A DNA stretch of 64,000 bases, taken from a virus (Duplodnaviria; Caudoviricetes). The notes beneath the pieces were generated by a model. The model ran no database searches. It worked only from the letters and a program-made list of their open reading frames with translations, and was not told where the DNA came from. A program made the translations under genes and the position numbers. The DNA is taken from positions 9,252 through 73,251 of IMG/VR virus record IMGVR_UViG_3300035505_000270; one strand, given 5' to 3'. This document shows positions 40,441 through 53,572 of the stretch, piece by piece. Positions within the stretch are counted from its first letter, which is position 1, and every line of letters begins with the position of its first letter.

Positions 40441-40447
40441 AAGAAAA

Positions 40448-40663
40448 TTATTCTTCTTCTTTATTTGCGGCGGTCTCGCTCTGTGCTTTTTTCTCTACGT
40501 CTTTCTGCGCCTGAGCAATTTCCGCATTAATTTGAGCATAATAAATTCTTTCAATATCTGTTAAGGTATCTTTAAGAATGTAATATAGTACTCCCACATC
40601 TAATCCACTATTCTGAATTAAACCATTTAAACTTTCTTTAAAAAATTGATAATCTTTTACCAT
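40448..40663 (-). CDS. Hypothetical protein
   Basis: 71 aa ORF with an AGGAG RBS. Confidence 0.6.
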   Translation of the reverse strand: MVKDYQFFKESLNGLIQNSGLDVGVLYYILKDTLTDIERIYYAQINAEIAQAQKDVEKKAQSETAANKEEE

Positions 40664-40678
40664 ATTATTTTATCTCCT

Positions 40679-43123
40679 TTATACATTTGTATTTGAATTA
40701 TTATCCAAATATTCTTTAATTTTATTATTTATATAATCTGATAATGTTAAATCACCGATATAAATTTCATTCGCATTTAATTTAATATTACCAGCTGTAT
40801 TATTAATATTTAGTGTTTCAGCATTCTCTGGCGCGGTAATTTCCGATATTGTGCCACCTGTAATTGTACTAGAAGTGATACTACCGCCAGCAATAGTAGG
40901 ATTATTAAAATTAGCAGAATTACTGGATAATACCCAAGAAGAATTGGTATCTCTAATTACTCCTTGTTCTGAATCTAAGATAATATCTTTAGCAGATACT
41001 TGAGTTTCATCATCGCTTAACTTCCATCCGCCTATTGCTTTAGCAGTGTTTGCGGTATTTGCAACAGGAATAGTAATTGTTTTTGCAATAGTCCCGCCTT
41101 TTATAGTTATATTATTGAAAATAGCAGAACCATCACTCTTAATAGTCCATCCCTTTTCTGATTCTATATAATTACCAGAAATAGAACCCTCATTAGATAA
41201 TTTAATAAAACCTCCATTATCTGAGCTTGTTGAAGTTAAAGCATCTTCAGAAATGTTCCAACCCGCAATAGTAGCTTTGTTCTTTGCGGGATCCAAAACA
41301 ATTTCTTTATTTACTCCAAACTCCGCCTTACCAGTTTCCGCATCCAAAAGTATACTACGTTGTCCATTGTGATATCCTACTAGACCAATTTTTTCTGTTT
41401 GAGTATTTTGCTCTGTAACTTTGCCTAAAACTACCCCAGTAAAATTATCTTCTGTATCATCTCCGGCTTCTATAGTAACTGAAAAATCTGCATCAGGATC
41501 GTGCTTATATACTTTAATGCCGGATGAAGTAACTTCTGTAGTTTGTCCTTCTACCTCTGAAGTGTTGGTAAGGGTAATAGAAGCTGTGCCAAAGTATTGT
41601 TCTCGAGTATACCAGCTCTCTCCTCCTATTGCCCCATATACTACGCAACTATAAGTACAATACTTATTAAAATCAATATTTGGTACTTCTAAAGCAGAAG
41701 TAGCTACTTCGTTACGCTCTAATAATGTATAGTTACCAGTATCATCTAACCTAGACCATACCTGTGGATCAGTATACGTACCTTTTGGTGAATTATACCA
41801 ATTACTATTTAAACCTAATAATGTATTTCCCTTATTAAAAGAAAATTGCGAACCTTGTTCTGAATAAATGTAAAAATCATAAAATGAATCATAATTAATT
41901 ATATTTATAATATTATTAATATTTTGATTATTATAAATAGCTGCACATTTAATTCTATTAATTTTAGTTATTAACTGTTGGCTAGTAATATTTAATATAT
42001 TTTTACTAGTTAAACTCCAGGTTGAAAAATGAATGTAATTACTTCCTCTATATTTTCCTATCCAATCATTAATATCCCACCATCCATTCCCACCATATGA
42101 ACTATAACGCTCGTTTCCAACCATAACATCAGGTTGTTCAAAAAACCAATAAAAATCGCAATCATCAGTTATATCTTTTCCATCATAGTAAACTTTTGCT
42201 TGAAGCTGTACAGTTGTTAAATTATCATTCTTGTTTAGGTATGTTCCATCAGGAGTAGAAAATATTAAGCAAGGTTCACTTTTATCATAAGTATTAATTC
42301 CATATAATTTAATATTACTAATCAAAATATCCACTGGACAATTATCACTTTCGCTATTAGCACAGTCTTCTTTACTATTAGGAAAATCTTTTACATAAGC
42401 TTGGATAGAAGATATTTGTTGGAAATCTGTATTATTTAATTCAAAAGTAAACTCTTGAGTAGTAGGATTAATAAAATTGTAAGGAGTTCCACTCATTCGA
42501 GAAGTATCTATTACATATTGCTGACTATAACTAGTAAAATCATTCTTAAAATCCAATGTAAATATTAACCCATAGTCGCCTTGATATTGCTGCTCTTCTT
42601 CTAAATTAGTTTGCACATCAAAAGAAATTAAGATTTTGTCTGTAGATTTTATATATAATTTAACATCTGTTGAATTTATATTTAATAAATTATTACTAGT
42701 ATCATTAACATCATATAAAGTCTTAGTAAAAGTATCTTTATGCCAAGAGCTAAGCCCACAAGACCAGTTGTCATTGACATCGCTAATTACACTTCTACCT
42801 ATTTTTTCTATTATATCTGAACTAACATCTATTGCGGCGGCCGCCCCTAAGCTCGCTACCGGCCCCAATATAGTTTTAATAGTATTCATATTATTTTCTG
42901 GTATTAAAACGTATACGTTGGTTCCGTTTTCTAATACCTCATCTTTAGCTGAATAATAAGCATCAAAAATACCATCTTGATATTTAACTCTATATCTACC
43001 AGTTTTTTCATCTTCGTAGCTTATTACAATCGCTTTTACTGTTCTATCATAACCCGCATCCTCAACAGCTTTATTTACAATAACTTCAATAGCATCGCAA
43101 ATATTATTTTCTATGTTGTTCAT
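40679..43123 (-). CDS. Tail tip/minor tail protein
   Basis: Immediately downstream of the tape measure gene. N-terminal OB-like segment and C-terminal IAGWNI/IGGWKL repeats typical of tail spikes. Confidence 0.5.
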   Translation of the reverse strand: MNNIENNICDAIEVIVNKAVEDAGYDRTVKAIVISYEDEKTGRYRVKYQDGIFDAYYSAKDEVLENGTNVYVLIPENNMNTIKTILGPVASLGAAAAIDVSSDIIEKIGRSVISDVNDNWSCGLSSWHKDTFTKTLYDVNDTSNNLLNINSTDVKLYIKSTDKILISFDVQTNLEEEQQYQGDYGLIFTLDFKNDFTSYSQQYVIDTSRMSGTPYNFINPTTQEFTFELNNTDFQQISSIQAYVKDFPNSKEDCANSESDNCPVDILISNIKLYGINTYDKSEPCLIFSTPDGTYLNKNDNLTTVQLQAKVYYDGKDITDDCDFYWFFEQPDVMVGNERYSSYGGNGWWDINDWIGKYRGSNYIHFSTWSLTSKNILNITSQQLITKINRIKCAAIYNNQNINNIINIINYDSFYDFYIYSEQGSQFSFNKGNTLLGLNSNWYNSPKGTYTDPQVWSRLDDTGNYTLLERNEVATSALEVPNIDFNKYCTYSCVVYGAIGGESWYTREQYFGTASITLTNTSEVEGQTTEVTSSGIKVYKHDPDADFSVTIEAGDDTEDNFTGVVLGKVTEQNTQTEKIGLVGYHNGQRSILLDAETGKAEFGVNKEIVLDPAKNKATIAGWNISEDALTSTSSDNGGFIKLSNEGSISGNYIESEKGWTIKSDGSAIFNNITIKGGTIAKTITIPVANTANTAKAIGGWKLSDDETQVSAKDIILDSEQGVIRDTNSSWVLSSNSANFNNPTIAGGSITSSTITGGTISEITAPENAETLNINNTAGNIKLNANEIYIGDLTLSDYINNKIKEYLDNNSNTNV

Positions 43124-43144
43124 AATTATCTCCTTTTCTCTCTT

Positions 43145-43173
43145 ATTTTATCACAAAATTTTAAAAAAGTCAA
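43145..43173 (-). promoter_or_regulatory. sigmaA-like promoter inside the tail module
   Basis: TTGACT-N17-TAAAAT with TG on the minus strand. Confidence 0.55.
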
Positions 43174-43196
43174 GGGGAGGAATTTATCCTCCCCTT
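43172..43196 (-). terminator. Terminator after the tape measure gene
   Basis: AAGGGGAGG-N7-CCTCCCCTT, followed on the minus strand by GACTTTTTT. Confidence 0.7.
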
Positions 43197-43199
43197 ATT

Positions 43200-46100
43200 T
43201 TATCTTTTATTATTAAATGCTCTTTGTGAAGCAATATTAGTAAGGTTATTAAAAGCGTTCTCAATTTCTTTTGAACTACTTACATTAGGGAATGAAGCTT
43301 CAATATGAACATTTTGTTCAAGAGTATCAGATGTTGCGGAAACCGAGCCTGTAGACGAACTTAATCCAGCCGCCAACGCAAGCAATTTATCTTGAATATT
43401 AGAATTAATGTTACTTAATAAGCTAGACATATCGCGCACAATACCAACTGCCGCAAGCATATTTTCAGTATCAGAGGCATTTAAAACCAATTCCTTTTGA
43501 TGAAGAACAGCTAGTTTACCATCGTCACCCCAAGAACCAGTATATCCGCCTGTATCAAAAGCAGGATAATAACCATACTTGGCCGCCCATAGACGAAGGT
43601 CATCTTCTGAACCAGCCGTATATCTTAAAGTTGTACCCTGATAAGCGCCCCATAATGTTACTCCGCTATTTACTTGTCCTTTTGATTTATTAGTAATTTT
43701 TGCTGAAGTGAGTCCAGGGCCATAACTGGCTCCTACTAAAGTAAAATCATATTTATCTTTATTAGTAGTTTTAAATCTATTATATTCTGAAAGAGCATCT
43801 TTAGCACTTCTATTAGTTCGTGTGCTATACAATTTATTTCCAGTATAATAACGATAAGTTAATTGATCCGGAGAAACAATAACATACATTTTATCTTTAG
43901 TTGTAGTATCAGATGTCTTATCTCCACTGTTTGTTGCCAAAGCTTTAACTGTTTCTGTTGCAGCACTAGCAACATCTTTTAATGTAGATGTGATTTTTGA
44001 GCTAGATGAGGAACCGCTAGAACTAGAGCTAGATGAGGAACCGCTAGAACTAGAGCTAGAATTTCTTGCGGCTGTTGCTGCTTTTTCATTAGTCGCGGTT
44101 ATGTAATCATAGGCAGCAGTTGTAGCCCTTTGAGCAGCTGCCGCCGCACTATTATACTTAGCAATCAGAGTAGTCATATTTGTAATAACTTCTTTTATCT
44201 TTGTTATTTCATCATCATAACTATCTAATAATTCTTGATTATCTTCTAACAAAGCTTCTGTACTATCAACAGTAGAATCAATACCATTACCTATTGCGGT
44301 AAAATCAACATCAGCAGAAGCAGCTACATTATTTAAGCTAGTTTCATAATCTTCTGTTGCATCTTTTACATTGTTAGTAGCCTCAGTTGCAATTTGCTCA
44401 AAACCGCCCTCTCCCGCAATACTTTCTAGCATAGTCGCAACACCAGACGTTACTTGTGGAACAATCTCTTCAGTAATAGCTGTTTTTGTTATATCTGATA
44501 TATTATTCCATACTTCCTCATTCTTTAATGCTAACGAAGCAGCTTGCTTCTTTTCTTCATCAGTCATGTTTTGATATTCTTCTGTGCTAGTACCAATAAA
44601 TGATGTGAATAAAGTTTCATTCTTTAAAATCATTGATACAAAATTCTCATTATCTGTATCATAACTACTCTTCAATGACTGAATAGTAGAATCTTCAAGA
44701 TTAGTCTTAGCTTCTTGGTAATTTTCCCAATAGCGATTAAATTTTTCTGTATATTGAGCATTAATTTCATCTAATTTATCCCAATATGCCTGAGTATTAT
44801 AAGTACCATCCTCATAAGCTTGCTCTGTATAACTTGTGATAGCATCTTGCCATTCTTTATAAGCACTTAATGCGTCATCTAAAGTTTCTTGAACTTGATC
44901 TTTATCTAAATTAAATAAATTATTTTGAGCTTCCGCCAACTCTTCTTGAGCCTTAGAAATACTATCTTCATCAGCTACATACTGATAAGTATAATTACCT
45001 TGGGAATCACGTCTCAGCCTCATAGAAGATTTATTTTGTTGAGCTTCTTCTAAAGCAATTTGCTTAACCGCAATTTCATACATTGCATTTGCTCTATCAA
45101 TATCATACTGAGTTAATTCTTCTTGACTCTCTAAGATATCAAGCTGTTCATTCATTACCGCTTTAAGTTTCTTTTGTGCAGAAACACTATCCGTATTATT
45201 TATAGCATCTATAAATTTACTCTTAACTTCTTGTGTTTTATATATTGCATTAACTGTATCTAAATAAGAATCTGCATTATCATTAATTAAATCCCATTGA
45301 GTTTCTGTAAAATCTAATCCCATACCATTAGTCAATTTATCTGCAATAGCATCAAAAGTCTCATTAATAGCATTTGTATATTTATCAATAATATTTTGAA
45401 TAGAATCTTCTACTAAACTATTTAAATCTGATACTACAGACTCCCATTGCTCTTTCCATTCCGCTAGAACTTCTTCGTTTGTTTCTGCAGCCATCATTTG
45501 TTCAATATAAGCTTTTTCTTTACTCAAGAAAGATAATTGGTTATTATTATTAGTTTCTATCTTATCATAGTAAGTTGACATCTTAGAATATGCTTCATCG
45601 CCATAAATCAATTTAACAACTTTCATGTCATGCTCTAATAAATCGCCAATATATTCATAAGTATCTACCTGGTCATCAAAAGCATCATTAGCTTTTTTAA
45701 TAGTATCAACATAATAATCTTGAATATCATCTATTAAATCATTAAAATCTTCTTGTGATTCTATTAATTTTTCATAATAAGTTTGTAAATCTTCAAGTGC
45801 TTGGCTTCTATCATCGCCATAAATGTCAGACCAACCAGTTTTATCCATCTGCGTAAGTTCTGCAAGAGTGTTATTAACTTGTTCGGTTAATTTTTGAATT
45901 GCGGCAGTGCCCTCGCTATTATAATAGGAGTTCATGTCTTTAAGTTTATAATTAGCTAATCCTACGTAATCATCATCTGCTATATCATCAATGATTTTTT
46001 GTTTAAACTCATTATATTCTCTTTCAGCTTCCGCCATATCTAATCTAATTTCAATTTCCATAGTAAATTTAGAAATATTAATTTCAATTTCTTTATCTAC

Positions 46101-49100
46101 TACTTCTTGAATATCATCTTCAAGGTCTGGAATTGTTTCAGATATTAAGGTATCATAATTTTCAATTTGTTCTACAAAATCTTCATAATCTTCTTTTGCG
46201 GCGTCCACTGTATCCGCGAACTCTTCTTGCTCACTTGCGGACATAGCATTATATTGTTCAATTAAACTATTTACATAATTTAATTTAGTTTGCACTACAG
46301 AAGCATAATTAGCAATATAGCCATCGTCAGTAAAAGTAACTCCTGCGCTTGCTAAGCTAGATTTAATTTCACTAGCTTCTTGTTTAGCTAATGCAATTTT
46401 GGTTTTGTATGCCGCGTTTTGTTGTTGAAGTATATCTAACTGTTCATTTAAATTATCAATTAAATCTTGACCATATAATTTATCTTGCTGATTTTGAAGT
46501 CGCTCTAAGTTAGTTGAAAGTTTTTCAATCTCAAGGTTAATATCATGATATCGGTCTGCTTCATCTTCGAGGTAATCAAGAACCTCTGGATCTTCCTCTT
46601 CATAGGTTCCGCCTAACCCAGCGGCAGCATTTTTAGCTGCATCAGTAGCACTATTAGAACCGCTTAATAAGCTACTTAATTCTGCTGTTAATAAAGCCCT
46701 TGTCTTCTCGTCTGCCTCTAGCTGAGCAACTGCGGAATCAATCTGTTCTAAAACGGCTTGTTTGTTAGTATCAGATAAATTTTTATAAGAATTAGCATCA
46801 AAATTAGAAGTGTAATAAGAAGCGTTTCCTCCAACAGCCGTTCCTCCAAGAACTTGATAATCAACCTCTTCACCATTTATAAATCTTTTCATAATTGAAG
46901 AAACTTTTGATATACGAGTTCCTACAGCGTCTAAATTTGTTAAAACATCATTGGTAAACTCAACATTGGCTTCCATTACAGTATTAATAGCATCTATTTC
47001 TTCATTTGTAGCATTTTCACTTACAGTAGTTTTATAAGTAGCTTCTGCAGCTGCAATTTTTTTGTTAGTTTCACTAGCATTTTGACTTCCTTCAACATAA
47101 GCTTGTAAGTTATCAATTATACTTTGCTGATATACCATATCTGCATCTAATAAAGCAATTTGACTTCTTAACAGTTCAGCTGTTTTTTCAGTATCTCCTT
47201 CAATAACATCAGCATTGCCATTTAATATGGCCGCAACAACATCACTATTTAATTGAATTTGTCCATCTGCTAATACTTCTGCGTTGTCTAAAATAGAAGG
47301 ATATGTAGCTGCCAATACTGAAGCATCCTCTGCTGCAACTAAAAACCCTTCACCAATCATTTCCGCTACAGATTGAATCTGAGTAGCGCCAGATAAAATT
47401 TGGTCAATCGCATTGGAAAAAACATCTATAGTAGTTTGATCTATATTAATATCAATAGTTATTTCATCTTCTAACTCTTTTTTAATTTCAGCCATTCGAT
47501 CTTCAATATAATCAAATGATTCAGTAGGAATATAACCATAATTATCTGCTTCTTTTAAATGTTCTAATTCTGCTTTTAAAGATTCATATTCTTCTTTTAA
47601 TTCAGAAACCTTAGCTAACCTTTCTTCCTCAGCTTCTTGTACATTAGCTTGAGCATCATAATTTTCTAATAATTCTTTATTATTTTCAGCTAATAATTCA
47701 TTTAGCATAGTAATCTGCTCAAGTGGAGTTGAAGCGTCAAAAGCATCCCAATCAATTAAATCTCCAAAAGTATCTTCTAAAGAAGTTCTAGTATCTTCGG
47801 TTAAACCTTCATCTGAGTTAATTTCAGATTGGGCAGTTATAATTGTAGTAATATTAGCTGTGATATTTTCTAAGTCTAAATTATTTTTTAAATTTTCATA
47901 GGTATTTTTTATTGCTTCAAGAGAACTAACTTCATCTAGGTCAATGGTAGCTAATAAATCTAATCCGCCTTCTTCTTCTACTTTTTGTAAAAAGTCTTGA
48001 AGGTCTTTATAACTCATTTCTCTTGTACTTGACCAGTCTTCATTCCAAAATCGTGAGGTAAAAGCATCAATAATAGACTGGTCTTCTGAAGTATCCGATA
48101 AATTATTAAATCCGGATAAAAATTCATCAGCTAAATCATCAAAATATGACGAGGTATATGAACTAACATCATAGCCCGCCGCCTCTAAATCAGATTTCAA
48201 CTGCGCAATATAAGCATCTCTATACTCTTGTAATTCTTGAGTAGTTGTAATTTGTGAAATATCATATTGAGATTGTATTTTTAAGCCCGCTAATTGTAAA
48301 ATCTGGTCTTCCATTTCGCTTCTAGTTTCTTTAACTTCTGTTAAAGTATCAGTAACACCTGTATCACCAAAAATTGCAGTAAATTGCTTATAAGATTCTG
48401 CGCTACCTAAATTACCATCATATTCTTGTGCTATAATATAATTATATAATTCTTGTAAAATTGATACTGCTTCATCTGTTGATATATCGCTGCCAAATTG
48501 TATAACACCACCTTGGAGAATTTCTTCTAAATAAGTATCATAGTCTTCAGATGTGCCACCAGTATGCGATATAAATTCTTGTTCCGTATCAAAAGAAGAA
48601 AAATCTAATTTATCTTTATAATTTTCCATTAGCCAAGACGCTGCTAACTCTAAAACTTCTTGATCGTTATCCCCAAGAGAGAGTCCTGTTTTTATCTTAT
48701 AAGTTAATAAGCCATTATCATTAGATAAACTATTTTTAGAAGCAATATTTACTTTATTAAATAAAACATTTTGACTATCATCAAGAGTATCTTGATTGTT
48801 ATTAATAGCAGTTTGTAGGCTATCTTTTTGAGCCTGAAGAATAGCTGCATCTACATCTTCATATTTTCCTTGTATTTTATCCAAAGCATCCCATTCAATG
48901 CCAAGAGCAGTACATAATTCCTCTGTAGCTGATTTTAAATTATCTTTAGACTCTTGAGTATCATCTAGTGCAGCTGTCATTTCTATATATGATTGGTATA
49001 ATTGTGTAAGATTTTCAGCCTCTTCATTTGTACTGTCAGATACTTCTTTTGTCTTAGTATAGACTTCCTCTTGAAATTCCGCTTGTGCTTCTGCAGCTTT

Positions 49101-52100
49101 TTCACTTGCTTTGGCTACACCATATAAGATTGCTGCAAGAGCCACTAACGCAACTACAACATCTAAAACAGGATTAGCCAGTAATGAAGCATTCCAAACT
49201 TCTTGAGCAGCAGTCTCCTCTTCTGTAGCCTTTAACAACACTTCTTCTGCTGCGGCCTGCCCTGTTATTGCAATAGCTTGTTCTTCTGTTAGACCTATAC
49301 TTATTAATTCTTCTTTAGATTTGGAAGATAAAATCGCAATAGTCTCTTTATCTGTTAAATTAGCCTGTAATTTTAATTCTTTTTTAATTTTTTCAATGGT
49401 TATATTTTTTGTATCTATAGCTTGCTGAGTAAGAGCTATTGAGGTTTCTTTATCTTGGATTGCCAAACTAGCCTCTTCAACCGCTTTGCTTGCTTTTTTA
49501 AGTTGGATATTTGACTTAATACCTAAATTTGTAATATTTAATGTATCTCCCAACTGCTTCATATTAGAAATTACCATTGGTAATGACATTCCAAGACTCA
49601 TGACAACTTGTTCAATCTTATCTACGGTGTCGGCAGTATCATCTTCAATAGTTTGCACTACAGAAGAAACGGAACTCCATACCATTGTTAACGAAGATAT
49701 GGCCGCTGTGGCTGTTTGAACCCGTTGCGCAATATCTTTATTTTGTTTAGCATTTTCTATAGCACCAGAAAATTGATTATCTATATTTGCACTACTGTTT
49801 TGCTTAGACTGAATTTCTTCTACTGCTTTTTTATATTTTTCTACAGCTTCAACCTTTTTTTCCATTTCCGCAGCTGCTTTTTTTTGATTTTTCCATTCTT
49901 GATTAGCCTTATTTACATTATCAGAAGAAAGTTCAACATGTTCTTTTAACAACTCTATATTTTTATTATGAACTATTAATTCTTGTTGTACAATGTTAAC
50001 AATCTTTTGTTGGTCATCTTCAATCTCTTCCCAATCTTTTTTAGATTTATCTTGTTTATTTAATAATTCTTGAAAATCTTCTATAAATAGTAATAATTCT
50101 TCATTTGGAATATCAAAATTATTAACATATTTTTTTACTTCGTCTAAAAAATTTTGTTTACTATCTATTACTGATTGATCAATATTATTTCCTTCTGATT
50201 TAGTATTTTTTGTGCTAGCTTTAGCTTGTTTTATTATTTCATTAGTTTGAACTTCCAGTTCTTTAGTTTGTTTTTGTTTAAGTATTAATTCTTCTTTATC
50301 TGCATCTAATTGTTCTTTTGTTTCATCAAGTTTTTTTCTAGCGAATTCTGTTGCTTCTTCTGTTTCAGATTGTAGCGTTCCAAATATAATATTTAGTTTA
50401 TTTAAATATTCATTTTCTTCTAAATTATTTTTTTCAATACCAGTAGCCTTTTCTACTTCTGCGGCTGCTTGTTTTTGTAATAAAACTGTTTCATATTCAA
50501 GCTGGCCTCTTTTTTGTTGCATTTTTACTAATTCAGAATACTGCTCTTGTGTAATACCCTTTCTAGCTGCTTGAAGCTGTTTAGCATAATTTAATTCAAC
50601 TTCATATTCTTTTTGTATTGCAATATCGTTAGCGGTAATGGTACCTTTTCCTGTAGTAGTTTGCGCTTTATTTACATCTGCAATTTTAGCAGAAATTAAT
50701 TCTAACTGTTTTTCTGCAGTAGCGACATTTTGAGCATATTTTTGAGCATTAGAATTGGCAAGAATAATTGCTTTACTAATTTGTTTATTAAAAATATTAG
50801 CTATGACTGTACCAAAAGCTATAATGGATTTAGTACCACCGCCAAAAGAATCAATAAAGTTATCAAATACTTGAACTAAGTTACTTAATGCATCTATTCC
50901 AGTATTTAATTCATCTTCATCTATTAAACTACCATATAAATCTTGCCATGTTGTTTTTAATTTTTGTAATTTTGCATCTGTTGATTCCATATAAATGTCT
51001 TGTTGTTTTTGTAATGTACCAACAGCATTTGTAGAGGTCTCAACTGCATCTGTATACATACTCCAGTTATCGAATAATGACAAGAGGTTGTTGTACTGCA
51101 TTACTACACTATCTTTCGATAGCCATTTCTGTTGTAGTCTGGACTATACCATACTCTATTGCTAGAGGAGCTATTATAGTCTCTGAGCGTCTTTCTTACG
51201 ACAAACACCTCCAATTAAAACCATGACTTGTACCTTCTCTTATACAAGCCCCAGATATTAAACTTTGACTGATTCCCGTTTCTCTACTAGCTTCATTAGC
51301 AGAATTATAAATTTTAATAAGAATCATTTCTTTATCATACTGACCAACCTGCCTTGCCTTAGAATTTGTTTTAGTGATATAATAACTATGCTTCATATTT
51401 TCACTTTGAGTTGTTAATTCTAAATTTTCTAAGCAATTATTTTGCTTGTTTCCATCAATATGATTAATAATTAAAGTTCTATCTTATAAATTAAAATTAT
51501 TATTAAAAGCTTTATATACTAATCTATGTCCAAGAAAAGTTTTTCTTTTTCCGTCCACTCTTAGCTCATAACGGACATATCCAGTATCTCTTTTTCCGGT
51601 TAAGATTCTATTGGTATTATTGTTACGTATCCTTCCTAAATTAGATGCAGAATACGATGTATTTAGTAAAGGCTTCCATGTTTCATTTTCTAAATTTCCT
51701 TCATAATACATAATAGTATTATAGTTTTTAGATCTTAAACCAGTTTCAATCGCATGAATTGTATTTTCTTGATTAGTTACCTATTCTAAATTTTCTACAT
51801 TATTATTTAATTTATTCCCATCTTTATAATTTACAATATTGCATTCTGCAGATTTTTTTGTATAAAATATTCAGCAACTAATCTATGCGCTCTAAAGCTT
51901 TTTGTTGGTTATTAATTTTTAATATATAATCTAAATAACCATTTTCAGAAACCCTACCTTTATACCAATTATTAGTTTTTTTGATTATATAGTCTTCCAA
52001 AAGAAGAAATAAAATAATCTGTAGGATTTCCTTCATAATAAATTTGTTTTAATTATTCTGACATTTTGATAATCTCCTTTTATTTTTATTTTCTAATATA

Positions 52101-53498
52101 ATTAGAAAATAACCACAGTGTGATTATCTTGTCCTAAGAAATTTCGTTGCGTCTGGTTGCCCAATCCTTAGCGATGTTACCATACCTTGGTCGCTAGCCT
52201 CGCCACTATTATGTCACCACAATAGCTTGGTTGCTAAGGCTCTAAGGGTGTTCCCGCAATTTAAACTCTTTTACAAGCGCCATTACTTAACGCTTACCAG
52301 CCAGGTCAATAGCTAAAGCTTGTTTCTGCGCATCTGACCATACCCCAGAGTTCCATTTATTACCAACTTCTTCAATAACTTCTCCAAGGTCACGCATATT
52401 TCCTTCTACATCTAAAATAGAGACTCCCATTGAATCAAGAGAAGAAGATACATCACCCAATGAAACTCCATATTCATCTTCTCCATCTAGCTCTAAATCT
52501 TCCATACGCGCGAAAATGGTCTTGAGCGCGGTACCTACTGATTCTGGAGCCTCTCTGGTAACAGAGATAATTGTAGACATCATACCATTCAATTGGTCAA
52601 TATCTACACCCATATTACTTGCGGCAGATGCTACTTTACTCATACCGGTAGAAAGTTCTTCTAGGTCTGATGCGGTAGTAGCGGCAACCGCAGCTAATTT
52701 ATCTACGTATAATTCAGTTTCTTCTGCTGTAACTTTATAACCATTCCAAACCGCAGTTAACTCGTCTGATACTTCTTCACCAGTTTGTCCTGTTACGTTT
52801 GCAGCCTTTAAGGTTGTTTCAGTTCTTGCGGCAACCTCTGTGTCGTTAAGGCCTTGCTGGTAATAGATCAAGCTAGCTTCGGTGTAATCTAGCGTGCTGG
52901 CGCCTAATGTTTTTGCTGCGCTATTAGCTTGCTCTGCAAAAGTTTTCATGCTTTCCGCACTTTTATCTGTTACTATACGAATATCGTTTAAAGTGCTATC
53001 TAAATTTTCAGCATAAGATACTGAACTAGATAATGAACTAGTTATTTCCTGAAAGATGGCAGAGGTGATTCCCCATCTAACCGTATTAGCCATTGTAGTA
53101 GCCATTTGGTCTAATAATTTACTAGATTCTTTTATTTGTATATTGGTATTTAAAATGCTAGAACCAATTGCATTAAAGGCTGTCGCGCCTTTAATACCAG
53201 CTTGCTCTAAACTAGATTTAATTTGTTTTATGTCTAATTCAGATTTAATTAACTCTTGATTAAATTTATTAACATTTAATGTTCCTAAATCTACATTATA
53301 GGATTTTTGTAAAATTTCCTGTAAAGAAGAGGCGGTTTTTGCTGCTGCTTGTAAACCAACATTTAACTGTTGGCCTGGCGTAGCTGCGTTAGCTTTGGCT
53401 GAAACAATAATTTTTTCCAAAGCGGTTTGCGCAGTTTTTAAGCCACTAGTATCGGTTGTAAAACCAATTTTAACATTTATATTAGCATTTGATGCCAT
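43200..53498 (-). CDS. Tail tape measure protein, split by a group I intron (exons 53498-52290 and 51098-43200; 3035 aa spliced)
   Basis: TMP core motifs (SVGTALKTIFAR, LGEVIEEVG). The spliced junction reads LAGKR|QYNNLLSLFDNW. Long helical Ala/Glu/Gln-rich body and C-terminal FDTGGYTG..LHQKELVL. Confidence 0.9.
43999..44060. repeat. 27-nt tandem repeat (about 2.3 copies) encoding a poly-Ser linker in the TMP
   Basis: GAGCTAGATGAGGAACCGCTAGAACTA twice, plus GAGCTAGA. Confidence 0.85.
51196..52064 (-). pseudogene. Decayed double NUMOD4-HNH homing endonuclease in the TMP intron
   Basis: AAGGAG RBS and ATG 52064, with TAA at codon 4, several A-run frameshifts, TAG at 51781-51783 and TAA at 51484-51486. 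HNH remnants: NYKDGNKLNNNVENLE and NHIDGNKQNNCLENLE. Confidence 0.85.
52097..52134 (-). promoter_or_regulatory. Candidate late promoter motif for the intron HNH gene
   Basis: GGACAA-N28-TATATTAG, about 30 nt before ATG 52064. Confidence 0.4.
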
Positions 53499-53537
53499 CC
53501 TTCTATCTCCTTTTCATATTTATATATATAAAAAATA

Positions 53538-53572
53538 AAGTCCTTACTACCAATATATGATAGTAAGGACTT
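53538..53572 (-). terminator. Terminator after the 189-aa gene
   Basis: AAGTCCTTACTA-N11-TAGTAAGGACTT followed by a T tract on the minus strand. Confidence 0.75.

Larger units (their letters stand above)
51099..52289 (-). mobile_element. Group I intron in the tape measure gene (1191 nt)
   Basis: P1 is AAGCGT/GCGCTT with a U.G pair. Core AAATTGCGGGAAC...GGGCAACC, R element CAGAGACTA, S element GGTATAGTCC. Ends GTAATG|CAG. Confidence 0.92.

Noticed and set aside
51196-52064. Stop-codon reassignment (TAG read-through) suggested by NLE*VT in the HNH
   Set aside because: The same ORF also has TAA stops and frameshifts. Normal genes elsewhere end at TAG (e.g. 12087, 22121, 22400) and are not fragmented.
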